In this document: positions 1 through 12,594 of the stretch, piece by piece | How the letters are laid out: each line of letters opens with the position of its first letter | How positions within the stretch are numbered: the stretch's first letter is position 1 | DNA from: Eledone cirrhosa | Lineage: Eukaryota | DNA length: 64,000 nt | Assembly: GCA_964016885.1 (NCBI GenBank) | Contig: OZ024753.1 | Location: 38,688,001-38,752,000, forward strand | Direction of reading: 5' to 3' | Made by a program: the position numbers and the translations under genes | Notes under the pieces: generated by a model | Seen by the model: only the letters and a program-made list of their open reading frames with translations | Told to the model about the DNA's origin: nothing | Databases searched by the model: none

Positions 1-139
1 TCTAATAACCCAAAGATGAGACAGGGAAATGAAAAGAATCGAGTGTATTGTGTCTTAGAGAAATTAAGACATAATCAGTAGCTGACACTAAAATTCCATC
101 ATTGCACTAAAGCAAAAACACTATATAATAGATGAAGAT

Positions 140-300
140 GTGCCTGGGGGGTTAATAAGTTTGTCTCACAATCGCGAAGTACCAGGTTCGATCCCAGAGA
201 GAGGCATATATTTCAGGCAAGTTGTCTTTACCAAAGCCTCAGGTCAACCCAAGCATTGTGAGTGACATTGTGTAGACAGAATCTGTGTAGAAGCCTGAAA
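140..300 (+). mobile_element. degenerate tRNA-derived SINE
   Basis: B-box-like ggttcgatccc near 185, then ggcaagttgtctttaccaaagcctc...tgtgagt...gtagacagaa; a reverse-complement relative lies at about 23320-23410. Confidence 0.6.
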
Positions 301-1052
301 TATTGATGCCAGCTGTAACTGAAATGTGTAGGTTGAGTGTGGTGCTAAACACACACTCAGTGTCACACTAAAGTGTGGGTCTAAACACTGAGTGTGGGTC
401 TAAACACACACACACATCACATATTTGGTTTGTACCATTGAAGGAGCCATCTTCCTTTTATTTGTTCTACCTACGAATGTTATTTTTGACAGTCTAATCT
501 TGACACATTCTGTATGATACTGATTCAGTTTGGGAATTACATTATGTCTATGGAATACTGAACCACAGATATGTCAATTCTCCCCGTGCGACAGCGATAT
601 CTCCCACCCATTTTAGAGTGGGTGAGAGATGTTTTCTCTTGTGAAAAAATGGGTATAGCATGTAAAATCTCTCCATTTTGGGTCACTTTTTTTCATGGTA
701 CTCTTCGTTTATGTTTTTAGAGGTTGGCCAGTCTATTATTCTATCAGCATATATTTATTTACCACACCACCATACACACAGGAATTGTTATTTGTGTTTT
801 GAAATTCAACAAAGGTTCTTACATAGAATTATAATGAAAGATTTTTAGATAATTATAAACATTCTATTAGTCAAAGTATGATGGTACTCCCTGTTTGGGT
901 TTTTAGAGGTTGGCAGATCTGGAACCACTTAGACATTAAATCACCATTAGCATATTCAAATACTCAAACAACTGATGGCTCATCGTCGAAACTGACGTAA
1001 GATCCTCCACCCCACCACTGCAATGTGCAGTGTATTATTAAATCTGATTGCA

Positions 1053-1312
1053 GGGTGGATTGGCAGTATTGGTAGAGGGTTGGACCCCATGCTTTGCAGC
1101 AAAAAGTTACGGCCCTTTATGGTCAGAGTTCAAATCCTGAGTTCAAATATACTGATAGAATAATAGACTGGCCAACCTCTAAAAACATAAATGAGGAGTA
1201 CCATGAAAAAAAGTGACCCAAATGCCTTTCATCCTTAAGGGGTCAATAAAATAAAGTACCAGTAATGCACTGGGATAATTGCTGGCCTTGTGCCAAAAGT
1301 AGAAACAATTAT
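1053..1312 (+). mobile_element. tRNA-derived SINE with Nin/Deu-like domain, interrupted by a local inverted duplication
   Basis: ggtggattggcagtattggtagag (A box), gagttcaaatcc (B box), gcctttcatcctta-ggggtc-ataaaataaagtacc; matches many copies in the window. Confidence 0.8.
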
Positions 1313-1721
1313 TAAATCTGATTGTATGGTAAATGTTTCAGATATATAAATATCTCAGTGCCAGCAATATGACACAAACTGCTTGTCCACTAGACATTTC
1401 TGTTAACTACCCTATCCTATTGGACTTCTATCCTCCTCAAATATACTCCCTACTCTTGCAGACAAATAAACAAACATACATCAATTTATATTCAGTTATG
1501 AGGTTCACCATGGACACTCTTATTTAGTTTTTTCCTTCACTTATCCTCTTAATTCCATGTTAAGTACCAGGGAAGAGAGTGAGGGGGGGGGGGGCTATAA
1601 GAGTGATTTACAATGAGTGAGTGAGTAAAAGAAATAGATAAATAGATTGACAGATAGAAACAGGAGTAGATAGATATACAGACAGACACAGACACATACA
1701 CACATATATGTATATATACAT

Positions 1722-1753
<32 letters not shown>

Positions 1754-1900
1754 TATTATTATGTAATAAACAACATAAGGCAATTATTCCATTTACCAGT
1801 GGTTTCTTAAAAGCAAAAGGTTTTGCTTTCAATCCTCAGAATGAAAAATCCTGGTTTGTTTATTGAATATGGATCTAAAAAAAAAACAAAAAAAAAAAAC

Positions 1901-1992
1901 TTTCTGTTGCCTACATAGAGCACTCTTTTTTCCTGTTGCCTACATAGAGCACTCTTTTTTCCTGTTGCCTACATAGAGCACTCTTTTTTCCT
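1901..1992. repeat. about 29-bp tandem repeat, 3 copies
   Basis: tttcctgttgcctacatagagcactctttt repeated three times. Confidence 0.9.
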
Positions 1993-2112
1993 GGACTTTT
2001 CCGATGGAATTACTTCATTCACACATATATATATATATATATAGATAGAGAGATTGGCAGATAGATACACTGACACACGACAGATAGTTATAGATAGATA
2101 GTGAGAAAGTGT

Positions 2113-2163
<51 letters not shown>

Positions 2164-2165
<2 letters not shown>

Positions 2166-2300
2166 CGAAGGAATTGTGGTAAGGAACCAGATGGACCATA
2201 ACGCACCAGAGTACTCAATACTTAGGGTAGTAGAGTGGGTAATAGGAAAAAGTATGACCCTTACAGCAGAGCTCAAGCCGTTTCGATGGCTATTTCTCGA

Positions 2301-2304
<4 letters not shown>
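2164..2304 (-). mobile_element. family A (TA)n-inserted element, single arm
   Basis: aacgaagg(a)attgtggtaaggaaccag terminus shared with about 10 other copies; (TA)n on both sides. Confidence 0.85.
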
Positions 2305-2340
<36 letters not shown>

Positions 2341-2342
<2 letters not shown>

Positions 2343-2642
2343 CTAGGGCAGGTAAACTTCCCAAAATCCATGGACGAGTTCTCTCCAGCGGTCTCTGTCC
2401 CTCATCATTGCTGCCATGTCCTGTGTCTATTGGAGACCAGTTTCTCTCCTTAGGGCATCAACATATGTCATCCTCGGTCTCCTTCTTCTAGTGTGTCCAT
2501 GTAGGGGCTCCCACAGGAACACTGATTGCAGTGTCAACTCTGAATGTTGATGAGCATGTCCAGCTAACCTCAGTCTCTTCTGTGTTACTTTTGAGCTGAC
2601 TTTTGGGAGGCTCCCGCACAGCTCTGAGTTCTTCATCCTCAG
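2341..2642 (-). mobile_element. RTE-clade LINE 3' end, 5'-truncated, in (TA)n
   Basis: Translates to ...[48 protein letters not shown]...[12 protein letters not shown], typical of the RTE ORF C-terminus; contains an internal stop. Confidence 0.85.
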
Positions 2643-2670
2643 TGTATGTGTATATATATATATATATATA

Positions 2671-2873
2671 ATAAAGAAAGTGTGGTAAGATACCAGGTGG
2701 ACCATAACGCACCAGAGTACTCGATACTGAGGGTAGTAGAGTGGGTAATAGGAAAAGAGTCAGGACCCCCAACAGCTGAGCTCTGGCCATATTGACAGCT
2801 AGATCCGAATGTATCTGAATGAATCTAGCTGTCGAAACGGCTGGAGCTCAGCCGTCGGGGTCCTGACTCTTTT

Positions 2874-2877
<4 letters not shown>
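2671..2877. mobile_element. family A palindromic element, diverged subfamily
   Basis: Long arm gtggtaagataccaggtggacc...; short inverted arm gtcgaaacggctggagctcagccgtcggggtcc...ttccta followed by (TA)n. Confidence 0.8.
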
Positions 2878-2942
<65 letters not shown>

Positions 2943-2972
2943 AGATCAAAAGATGGTTAAAAGAGTTCCATG

Positions 2973-3043
2973 TATTTTATTATGCGCATTTCAAAAACAA
3001 ATATCATCATGCGATGACATTTGCGTTTTCGTCAGATAAAATA
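2973..3043 (-). ncRNA. type I hammerhead ribozyme (family P)
   Basis: Reverse complement of the motif at 4857-4927. Confidence 0.85.
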
Positions 3044-4247
3044 GGGAGACATGATATATTAAGGTTAAAAGACACTTGTGAATAGTGCAGTTTTAAATCA
3101 ACATATGAAAAGTAGTTTTAGATTGATGTGTGATATTGGGGAAAAAATTGAAGGGGGGGGGGTTGGAAAGGATGAAAAAGAGGAGGAGATGAGAGTAAAG
3201 AATGGAGGGGGAGGAGTATAATAAGGAAGGATGAGATAGGAGGAGAGATGGGTGATAGAGAGAGAGAGATAGCTTTTATAACTGAGAAAAATATATATTG
3301 TTTTACAGAGAGAGGTTAAAAAACCGCTGGAAGATAATATATAAATTAAAAGAATTTGAAAATTAACGAAGAGAAAAATTTTAAGAATAATGTTAAATTA
3401 AGGTTTGTATATTGAAGGGTTTAATAATATGTGCGATGAAAAGAAATTGTTAATATGTATTAAGAATAATATTAAGTTAAGGTTTGAATATTGAAGGGTT
3501 TAATAATATGTGCGATAGAAAGAAATTGTTGATATGTATTATTAAAAAAAATATAAAAATAGTAATGTAATTAAGGATATATTGTGAAAAGAAGTAGAAG
3601 AGTGGATGAATTAATATATGTAAATAGTTTGTTTACAAATGAGCGCAGAAAGCAAAGAAGGAGATAGTGTTTAAGGAGAAGACCTTAACATCAAAATATG
3701 TATGTTTATGAAGTATTTCCTAATGGTAATAATATAATGTAATAAAGGAGATTAGTTAGGGTTTAAGTTTGATTTTATGTGTTGTGATGTGTAATATGTA
3801 GAAGTTAGATGAGCATGAAAGGGAGAAAAAAATAATGTATTGAGGATGAATAATCTAACGTAAAAAAAATTGTTTATGTTTACGAAGGATTGTTCAAGGT
3901 GATACTATAAAGTATTTAAAAGGGTAATAGTTAGTTTTATGGCCAGTGAGAGGATGGAAGAAGGAAGAGTGGATATATTGTGGTGAGTAATAATAAGAAT
4001 TGCGAAGTATCTAGGAAGAAAAGGTACAGATTAGAGGTTAGAAATTAAAAGAAAAAAGGAAAAAAAAGGAAGAAAGAGAAGTGATAAATAGGAGTGATAT
4101 AGAATGAGTAACTAGTATTATATAATGTATAATAAATAACATTGAAATAAGGTAGAAAGATGAGTATATTTTTAAAGAAATATATATGTATATATATATA
4201 TATGTGCCTTTGAGAAAAAGGATTTTAAATTGGTAAAGTATTAGATA

Positions 4248-4411
4248 TTAGCTGTATACTTTATGGAATGTTCTGTGGAATTTATGCAAGCAGAGAGAAA
4301 ACAAGTCAGTGCGTCTATTTATTATAGAATCTAAATTAGATATAATGGTAAATTTCTCACATAAACAGAGATTACATATCTTGGATAGAGAGGCATTCAA
4401 GTATGGAGACA
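4248..4411 (-). pseudogene. C-terminal fragment of a Penelope-like RT/GIY-YIG ORF
   Basis: LSPYLNASLSKICNLCLCEKFTIISNLDSIINRRTDLFSLCLHK resembles the CxLCxxEK...(L/I)NxRxxLxSxCxH tail recalled for Naiad/Neptune-type PLE endonucleases. Confidence 0.7.
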
Positions 4412-4856
4412 ATTTCTTTCCATCGCACATATTATTAAACCCTTCAATATTCAAACCTTAACTTAATATTATTCTTAATACATATTAACAATTTCTTTTC
4501 ATCGCACATATTATTAAACCCTTCAATATACAAACATTAATTTAACATTATTCTTAAATTTTTCTCTTCGTTAATTTTCAAATTCTTTTAATTTATATAT
4601 TATCTTCCAACGGTTTTTTAACCTCTCTGTAAAACAATATATTTTTCTCAGTTATAAAAGCTATCTCTCTCTCTCTCTCTATCACCCATCTCTCCTCCTA
4701 TCTCATCCTTCCTTATTATACTCCTCCCCCTCTCATCTCCTCCTCTTTTTCATCCTTTCCAAACCCCCCCTCAATTTTTTTCCCAATATCACACATCAAT
4801 CTAAAACTACTTTTCATATGTTGATTTAAAACTGCACTATTCACATCATGTCTCCC

Positions 4857-4927
4857 TATTTTATCTGACGAAAACGCAAATGTCATCGCATGATGATATT
4901 TGTTTTTGAAATGCGCATAATAAAATA
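4857..4927 (+). ncRNA. type I hammerhead ribozyme (family P)
   Basis: TATTTTAT-CTGACGA-AAACGCAAATGTCATC gcat GATGATATTTGTTTTT-GAAAT GCGC ATA-ATAAAATA; 8-bp stem I, long stem II, palindromic minimal stem III, AUA site after 4919. Confidence 0.9.
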
Positions 4928-5053
4928 CATGGAACTCTTTTAACCATCTTTTGATCTTATATATTATTTATACTCCAGTCCTACAAACTGTAGAGTGCTA
5001 CTTATCCGATATCTGCATTGCTTTATTGTACTACAATAAAACTCACCTCCTAC

Positions 5054-5128
<75 letters not shown>

Positions 5129-5568
5129 CCATCCAGTGCTCATTATGAAAACAAAGATATAAAACTTAGTATACTATACAGAACAACAAAGCATGATATG
5201 AGGTCACTTTAATTTAGTTCTTTTAACATGGTTTCTGTTGTTGTTGTTGTTATTTATTGTGTTGTTCTTTTTACTTGCTGCAGTTGTTGTTGTTGCTGTT
5301 GCTGTTTTATTAGTGTAGTGTTAGTGTAAGTGTTAGTGGTGATTGTTGCTGTTGCTGCCATTGTTGTTGTTGCTGTTGCTGTTTTATTAGTGTAGTGTTA
5401 GTGTTAGTTGTTGTTGTTGTTGTTGTTGTTGTTGTGTGTGTTAGCGGTGATTGAAGGAGCTGTGTTAACCACAATTGATGTCAGAACCAGACCAATGGAG
5501 GGCATTAGTCCGGCAGTAATTGTCAGCCAAACAAATGATAGTTTGATAGTTTAGAGATAGGAAACGCT

Positions 5569-5569
<1 letters not shown>

Positions 5570-5667
<98 letters not shown>

Positions 5668-5674
5668 CCACTCA

Positions 5675-5723
<49 letters not shown>

Positions 5724-5871
5724 CCACTCACTCACAAACACACTCACACACACACACACACATACACATACACACATACACACACTCACATACTCACACA
5801 CCCACACACACAGATACAGACACACACACACAGAGGGAGAGAGAGAGAGAGAGAGAGAGAGGGAGATGGAG

Positions 5872-5936
<65 letters not shown>

Positions 5937-6130
5937 CCTAAACTGAATGAGTGAATAAAAGATAGAGAGAGAAAGAGAGAGATAGATAGATAGAGAAAGA
6001 GATAGACAAAAAGAGAGAGTGTTATATACATATATATATATATATATCTTTATATATATATGTATATATTGAGAGAGTGAGAGAGAGAGAGAGATAGAGG
6101 GAGAGAGAGAGAGGGAGGGAGAGAGAGAGA
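5570..6130. repeat. compound (CA)n/(GA)n/(TA)n microsatellite block
   Basis: Direct reading. Confidence 0.95.
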
Positions 6131-6235
6131 TGAGTGAAAGGAGGAGCTGGTGATATAAAGAGGTGGACAAGACCTCATGTATAGAAAAAAATAAAAAGTA
6201 TTTTTTACCTTGTTTAACCAAGAGTACGGGGAAGG

Positions 6236-6515
6236 GAGTGTGGTGGTGTAGTGTGGTGGTGTGGTAGTCTGGTGGTGTGTTGGTGTGGTGGTGTGGTGGT
6301 GTAGTCTGGTGGTGTGGTGGTGTAGTGGGGGTGGTGTGGTGGTGTAGTGGTGTGGGGGTGGGGGTGGTGTAGTGGTGTGGTGGTGTGGTAGTCTGGTGGT
6401 GTGATGGCGTGGTGGTGTAGTGTGGTATGGTGTGGTGGTGTGGTGGTGTAGTGTGGGGTGGTGTAGTGCTGTGGTGCTGTGGTATGGTGTAGTGTAGTGG
6501 TGTGGTGGTGTGGAG
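6236..6515. repeat. degenerate (GTG/GTGTG)n simple repeat
   Basis: Direct reading; a similar block lies at 27790-28250. Confidence 0.9.
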
Positions 6516-6753
6516 GAAGGATTATATGAGAGTGTGAGCCAAAGGTTGGGAAGTGCAATCAGCTATTACTTGGTGAAAGTCTCTCTCTCTCCCTTGTTAT
6601 AATTGCTCTTTAACTGTTGGTAATGATCCCTAAAACGGCTCTCTCTGACATGTTTTTATATTTTAGTGTTTATTTCTTTGTACGTTGTATAGTTTGACCG
6701 CCTCCTAACTTTGGCTATTGGCCATAATTAGGAGATTGCAAATGAGCTACGTT

Positions 6754-6794
<41 letters not shown>

Positions 6795-6933
6795 GATAGA
6801 TAGATATATAGATAGAGAGAGAGAGAGAGGGGGTGGCGTGATATACATACATACATATATATATATTTATATATATATATATATAAATGAAAGGTATAGA
6901 AAGTATTGTAGCAAGAAGCCAACAGTATTCCAT

Positions 6934-7035
<102 letters not shown>

Positions 7036-7414
7036 AAGAGAGTAGGAAAACAAGATCGATAGAATGAGGTAGTGAAATAGAGCGAATGAGAGAAAAACAG
7101 AGAGAGGGAGTAAGGAGGCACTTGAATGATGTTGATGATGATGATGATGATGATGACGATGATGATGATGAGAAGGGGGGGGGGGAGAAGGAGAGAAGAG
7201 AACGGTGGTAGAAACCAGAGCAGCAATAGATACGAAGTGAGTTGGTGTAACAAACGGACGGAACATTTAGAAGGAAGTATATATGTCATATGTTAGAATG
7301 CAGGAGGACAAGACTCACTACTTAGTCATACATAATAAATGAATACACACACATACACATACACACACATACACATACATACACATACACATACACACAC
7401 ATACACACACATGT

Positions 7415-7620
7415 ATATAGATGTGAGAAAAACCACAGACCCTCCACCTCAACTCTACTTTTGAAAAGCAGAAGAACTGCGAAACCGGTAAAGGAACCAA
7501 ATAAATATATATATTTAAAAAAAAATAAGACTCCAGTTGCATTTTCGATTTCATCTTTTTTTCTTTATACTTTCACTCGGTTATTTTTCATTCTGTAAAA
7601 AAAACCCTCACTTTCTAATA
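7415..7620. mobile_element. family M element with variant hammerhead-like fold (7456-7495, +)
   Basis: CTT-TTGAAAA-GCAG aagaa CTGC-GAAAC CG GTA-AAG; further copies at about 19097-19330 and 61375-61582 in the opposite orientation. Confidence 0.65.
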
Positions 7621-7682
7621 TATATATATATATATATACAATGATATTAAATAAATGGAAACTATATTTATAAAACCATATT

Positions 7683-7747
7683 TATTTTATTATATATATT
7701 TCAAGGGTAACCAAGACAGCGTTGGTACGCTTTCATCAGATAAAATA
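7683..7747 (-). ncRNA. type I hammerhead ribozyme (family C variant)
   Basis: Minus strand: TATTTTAT-CTGATGA-AAGcgtACCAA..TTGGTtaccCTT-GAAAT ATAT ATA-ATAAAATA. Confidence 0.85.
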
Positions 7748-8027
7748 CAAAGTTTGTTTTATAAATAGAGACATACCCATGAAAATCATACCTTATCGGT
7801 TGGAAATTCACTGGATAGTGGAAATATATTAGAGATTATTCAAACTTATGTGTGAATATGCAAATGAATATGTAAATAATTGAAAAACAACCGTTTATTT
7901 AAATGACACTGGAGAAAGAGAGAGAGAAAAAATATAAGGGGATAACGATAAAAAATATTACGAGAGAGATAGAGAGAAGAAATAGACAAGAGAAGATGAA
8001 TAATCAACAAATTAAATACCACTTCTA

Positions 8028-8096
<69 letters not shown>

Positions 8097-8099
<3 letters not shown>

Positions 8100-8634
8100 T
8101 AAATCTACCAAAAGTTTACGGTAGTGTCCAATCCGTATGAAGAACTCAATGTAATCCGGATATCATGGAAAGAAGAGATGCATTCAAAAATCACTTTCGG
8201 TGGAAGATAAACGGAATACAGAGTCAAGATAAAATATTAAAAAAATAATGAATAAAACAATGAAACAGTTCCTTATATTAAACAAAAAAAGTTCATTATT
8301 TAACGATCGTTTCTAGGACATATATGTGTTAGAATTGGCATGCATATTCAAAAGATCTATGTACAAAATTATACAAACTATCAAAGAGAATATACATACC
8401 AACACATATATATGCTGTCTTCAGAAATAATGTCTTCAGAAATTATTTCTGAAGACAGCATATATATGTGTTGGTATGTATATTCTCTTTGATAGTTTGT
8501 ATAATTTTGTACATAGATCTTTTGAATATGCATGCCAATTCTAACACATATATGTCCTAGAAACGATCGTTAAATAATGAACTTTTTTGTTTAATATAAG
8601 GAACTGTTTCATTGTTTTATTCATTATTTTTTTA

Positions 8635-8643
<9 letters not shown>
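8097..8643. mobile_element. family B palindromic element with two hammerheads (8295-8431 -, 8442-8578 +)
   Basis: ATTATTT-CTGAAGA-[about 105-nt stem II]-GAAAC GATC GTT-AAATAAT in both arms; (TA)n flanks. Confidence 0.85.
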
Positions 8644-8724
<81 letters not shown>

Positions 8725-8938
8725 TTTAACCTGTTTGTATTTTCCTTGTTGTAGTATTAAAGTGGCAGTATGCTTCCGGTCACATATCTAACTTATAGTT
8801 ATTACCCTGAGCAATAATTTATCGACTTATTGATATCATCTCATTGAGTGCTTCGTGGCAGCCTCAGAAAATTGATTTCGAAACTGATTTTGCAGCTGCA
8901 ACTTCGATTCTACTCACTATATATATATATATATATAT

Positions 8939-9130
8939 AACGAAGGAAATGTGGTAAGGAACCAGGTGGACCATAACGCACCAAAGTACTCAATACTTAG
9001 GGTAGTAGAGTGGGTAATAGGAACGAGTAGGACCCCGACGGCTGAGCTAAAAAAAAAAAAAAGCATTTTTTTAAAGTCCAGAATTAGCCGTCGAAACGGC
9101 TTGAGCTCAGCCGTCGGGGTCCTACTCGTT

Positions 9131-9134
<4 letters not shown>
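8939..9134. mobile_element. family A palindromic element
   Basis: Long arm from aacgaagg; A/T-run spacer; short arm ending ttccta(TA)n. Confidence 0.9.
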
Positions 9135-9187
<53 letters not shown>

Positions 9188-9596
9188 AGTATAGAAATTA
9201 TTGTGAGCAACAAGCCAACAGTATTCCATAATATATAAGTGACTATAACGTCAAAATGGAAAAATAGTTAACGTAAGATGTGGGAAAATAATTCAAACTC
9301 AATTCAAAAAGAATCGGGACATAGATTCATCCACAGAATTTAGTGAAATCCAGGGAAAAATCAATAGAGCCTTAACTCAGAATAAAATAAAGTTTAAAAT
9401 ACTCATCCTTCAATTTGGAAAAACTACAAATGCTCTGTATAGTCTTAAAAAAGACTATTTCACGAAACTTTCAGTGGGGATGGTCACGGTTGGAGTCGAT
9501 CATCAGCAGAGCTCGAAGACACGATAACCAAAGTCCAACTGTTTATAATATGCCAAAAAGGGAATTTAAAAACAGGCTAGTTCAACATCATGCGTA

Positions 9597-9800
<204 letters not shown>

Positions 9801-10004
9801 CATTTAACTGTATATGTGTGACTATGTATGTATGTGTATGTGTGACTGTGTATCTATGTGTATGTGTGACTGTATGTATGTGTATGTGCGACTGTGTGTG
9901 TATGAGCCTTTATGATTTCTCTAAGGTTTTGTGCAATAACTAAATAGTTATTGCTCTACTCCTATATTCTATCGATGGTGGGTTTACGTATGTTTCTGCA
10001 TCTA

Positions 10005-10082
<78 letters not shown>

Positions 10083-11018
10083 CTCTCACTCTCTCTCTGT
10101 GGTTACAATTTGCAGAATGTTTTTCTTTTTTCAGAAGGGATTCATCAGAGATTATTAAAAAATACATTATAAAAATTTATATATAGTATATAGTTAAGGC
10201 GGTGCCCCAGCATGGCCACAGACAAATGAGTTAAGCAAGTAAGAGCATAAAAGAATAAACAAGTATAGGTGACAAAATGGAGGAGAGAGGAAAGCACTGA
10301 ATGTGTTTAAAGTGGGTCGTGTTAGAAATAAAAACTGTTATTTATTGTTCGATTCAGAAATACGTACTGGATCACTTTTAAATTGAAATATAAGCATAAA
10401 TTATATATTCAAATGTAGATAGGTGCTGATAACACGCATAAAAGGTGATGCAATATAAATTAGTATTTTCGCGTAAATATATTCTATTCGGTTATGAATA
10501 GGAAACCAAGTGTTACTACATCTGTTTTGTAAACATTAATAATAGAGAAAAAGTATGGTTATTTAATATAGAAGGTTGAATTTACTACCATTGTTAGGAA
10601 AATGTTTGAAAATAATTAATATAAATAAGCAAAAAGAATATATATTGTTGAATTTATAATAGCGTGCATATACAATGAATTAAGATGTCGTCTGCTCTAG
10701 TGATTAGACGTTAGTATTGCTAGGGATGTTATAATTTTTTTTGTTGGAGATATAACGTTAAACATATACTTATCTAGTGTGATTGTTGAAAAGGAAAATA
10801 TATAAAACAGGAAACTAGAGAGGGAATAAGATATGAAATTGGTAAATATAATATATATTGAAATATTAGAAAGAAAGATGGAAATATTCAATGATATATA
10901 GGAACACATTAATTGATATTTGCGTGTATGCATACATACACACATACATATACATCTGCTCAAATACAAACGTATAAAAAGGCATATACATATATTCATA
11001 TACATGTATATGTATATA

Positions 11019-11065
<47 letters not shown>

Positions 11066-11390
11066 TTATATATATATACAAATAGATCGTGGTGACCAAA
11101 TGCGTACGAATACACGTATATATGTATATACATATACATATATACACGCAATGTATATATAAATTATATAAACAGATAGGCTGGTGGATAGAATGTAATA
11201 ATAAAACATCTTGTAAATAAGGACATAAGAAAAGAGAAGTATGAATACTAATCAGGTATATATACATACATATGAAAATATGAATATATATATATATATG
11301 CAAACATACATATATATCTCTATATATCTATATATGCATACACACACATATATATAATGATATGTATAATGATATATATAATTATATACA

Positions 11391-11485
<95 letters not shown>

Positions 11486-11531
11486 CATAATACAAGGACG
11501 AATGGTTACTCCTTCATTACGTTTATTGGTT

Positions 11532-11616
11532 GGTGACACGTGTTTCGCTACTGATCAGCTAAAGGTTCGATCTGTATCGATCTAGCCCGACTCTGGAACC
11601 AAAAGCTCGTCGGACC
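11532..11616 (-). ncRNA. hammerhead-like motif, CCGACGA core variant
   Basis: Minus strand: GGT-CCGACGA-GCT...AGC-GAAAC ACGT GTC-ACC inside a (TA)n-flanked insert (11482-11653); stem I is only 3 bp. Confidence 0.65.
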
Positions 11617-11650
11617 TCTGCTGTAGTGATGACAGAATGAATGTTACATT

Positions 11651-11705
<55 letters not shown>

Positions 11706-11787
11706 GTTATCCGGGTTGAATCGGAGGTAACCACAGTAAGTAAGGTACTCAATACATTGCAGAGTATAAAAGTTTTAATATAGATGA

Positions 11788-11836
11788 GATTCTACAGGAC
11801 TAGAACTGTTTCATTCTTTAGAAATCATCAGGAATC
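11788..11836 (-). ncRNA. type I hammerhead ribozyme (family G)
   Basis: GATTC-CTGATGA-TTTCTaaAGAAT-GAAACAG ttctagtc CTGTA-GAATC; stem I covaries with GGCTTC/GAAGCC in the copy at 61133. Confidence 0.9.
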
Positions 11837-11850
11837 ATATATATATATAT

Positions 11851-12594
11851 GTAGAAGTTCAATTTAAATTGTTGGGATACAACAAGCAAATATTATTATA
11901 ACTGATATACGGGGTCGATAAAATAAAGTACCAGTAATGTACTGGTAATTGCTGGCCTTGTGCCAATAGTAGAAACAATTATTATAACTGATATAAAGCA
12001 CTCAACAAAATATTGGAGTAGAAATACGATATATTAACAAATGGAAACTACATTTATAAAACCATATTTAATTTCATTATACATATTTCAAGGACACCAA
12101 GTTAAAATTAAGGTGTGCATTCATCAGATAAAATATAATATAGAGCAGTTTTATAAATAAATATTGACATACCCTTAAAGAATGCGACCATTTCTGTTGG
12201 AAGCTCCCGGATAGTGGATAATCTTTCTCTTTTTCTTGTTTTCTTATTTTCCTCTTAGAGTTTTCTCTTTTTTCTCTTTTTTCTTTTTCTCTTTCTTTTC
12301 TTTTCCTTTTCTCCATACCCCAACGGCTTATTTTAAATCTACTGTGATTTAAAAATATACGACACTAATTTGCATAATAGTATAAATAAATTTATAACCC
12401 CAATATCCGGGAGCTTCCAACAGAAATAGTCGCATTCTTTAAGGGTATGTCAATATTTATTTATAAAACTGCTCTATATTATATTTTATCTGATGAAAGC
12501 ACACCATAATTTTAACTTGGTGTCCTTGAAATATGTATAATGAAATTAAATATGGTTTTATAAATATAGTTTCCATTTGTTAATATATCGTATT
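11851..12594. mobile_element. family C palindromic element with hammerheads (12071-12134 -, 12483-12546 +) and a nested SINE 3' fragment (11909-11983)
   Basis: ATTTTAT-CTGATGA-AAGcACACCA...TGGTGTcCTT-GAAAT ATGT ATA-ATGAAAT; inverted arms; ttataactgatat duplicated around the SINE fragment. Confidence 0.85.

Larger units (their letters stand above)
2937..5055. mobile_element. Penelope-like element remnant (family P): 3' portion on the minus strand plus an inverted 3' copy on the plus strand
   Basis: About 4411-4970 is the reverse complement of about 2937-3530; both arms carry a hammerhead; PLE ORF C-terminus at 4248-4411; (TA)n on both flanks. Confidence 0.85.

Noticed and set aside
5465-5570. 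miR-8/200-like word or exon on the minus strand
   Set aside because: The seed does not match, there is no precursor hairpin, and the frames close quickly.
8097-8643. Palindromes as MITEs with TA target duplications
   Set aside because: The arms are unequal with family-fixed ends, the centres vary, and they carry hammerheads; one family links to a PLE ORF. A MITE origin is not excluded for family D, family I and 35780.
8740-8916. (TA)n-flanked insert with CTGAG and GAAA words
   Set aside because: Could not fold a hammerhead with a correct core and stems; left unclassified.
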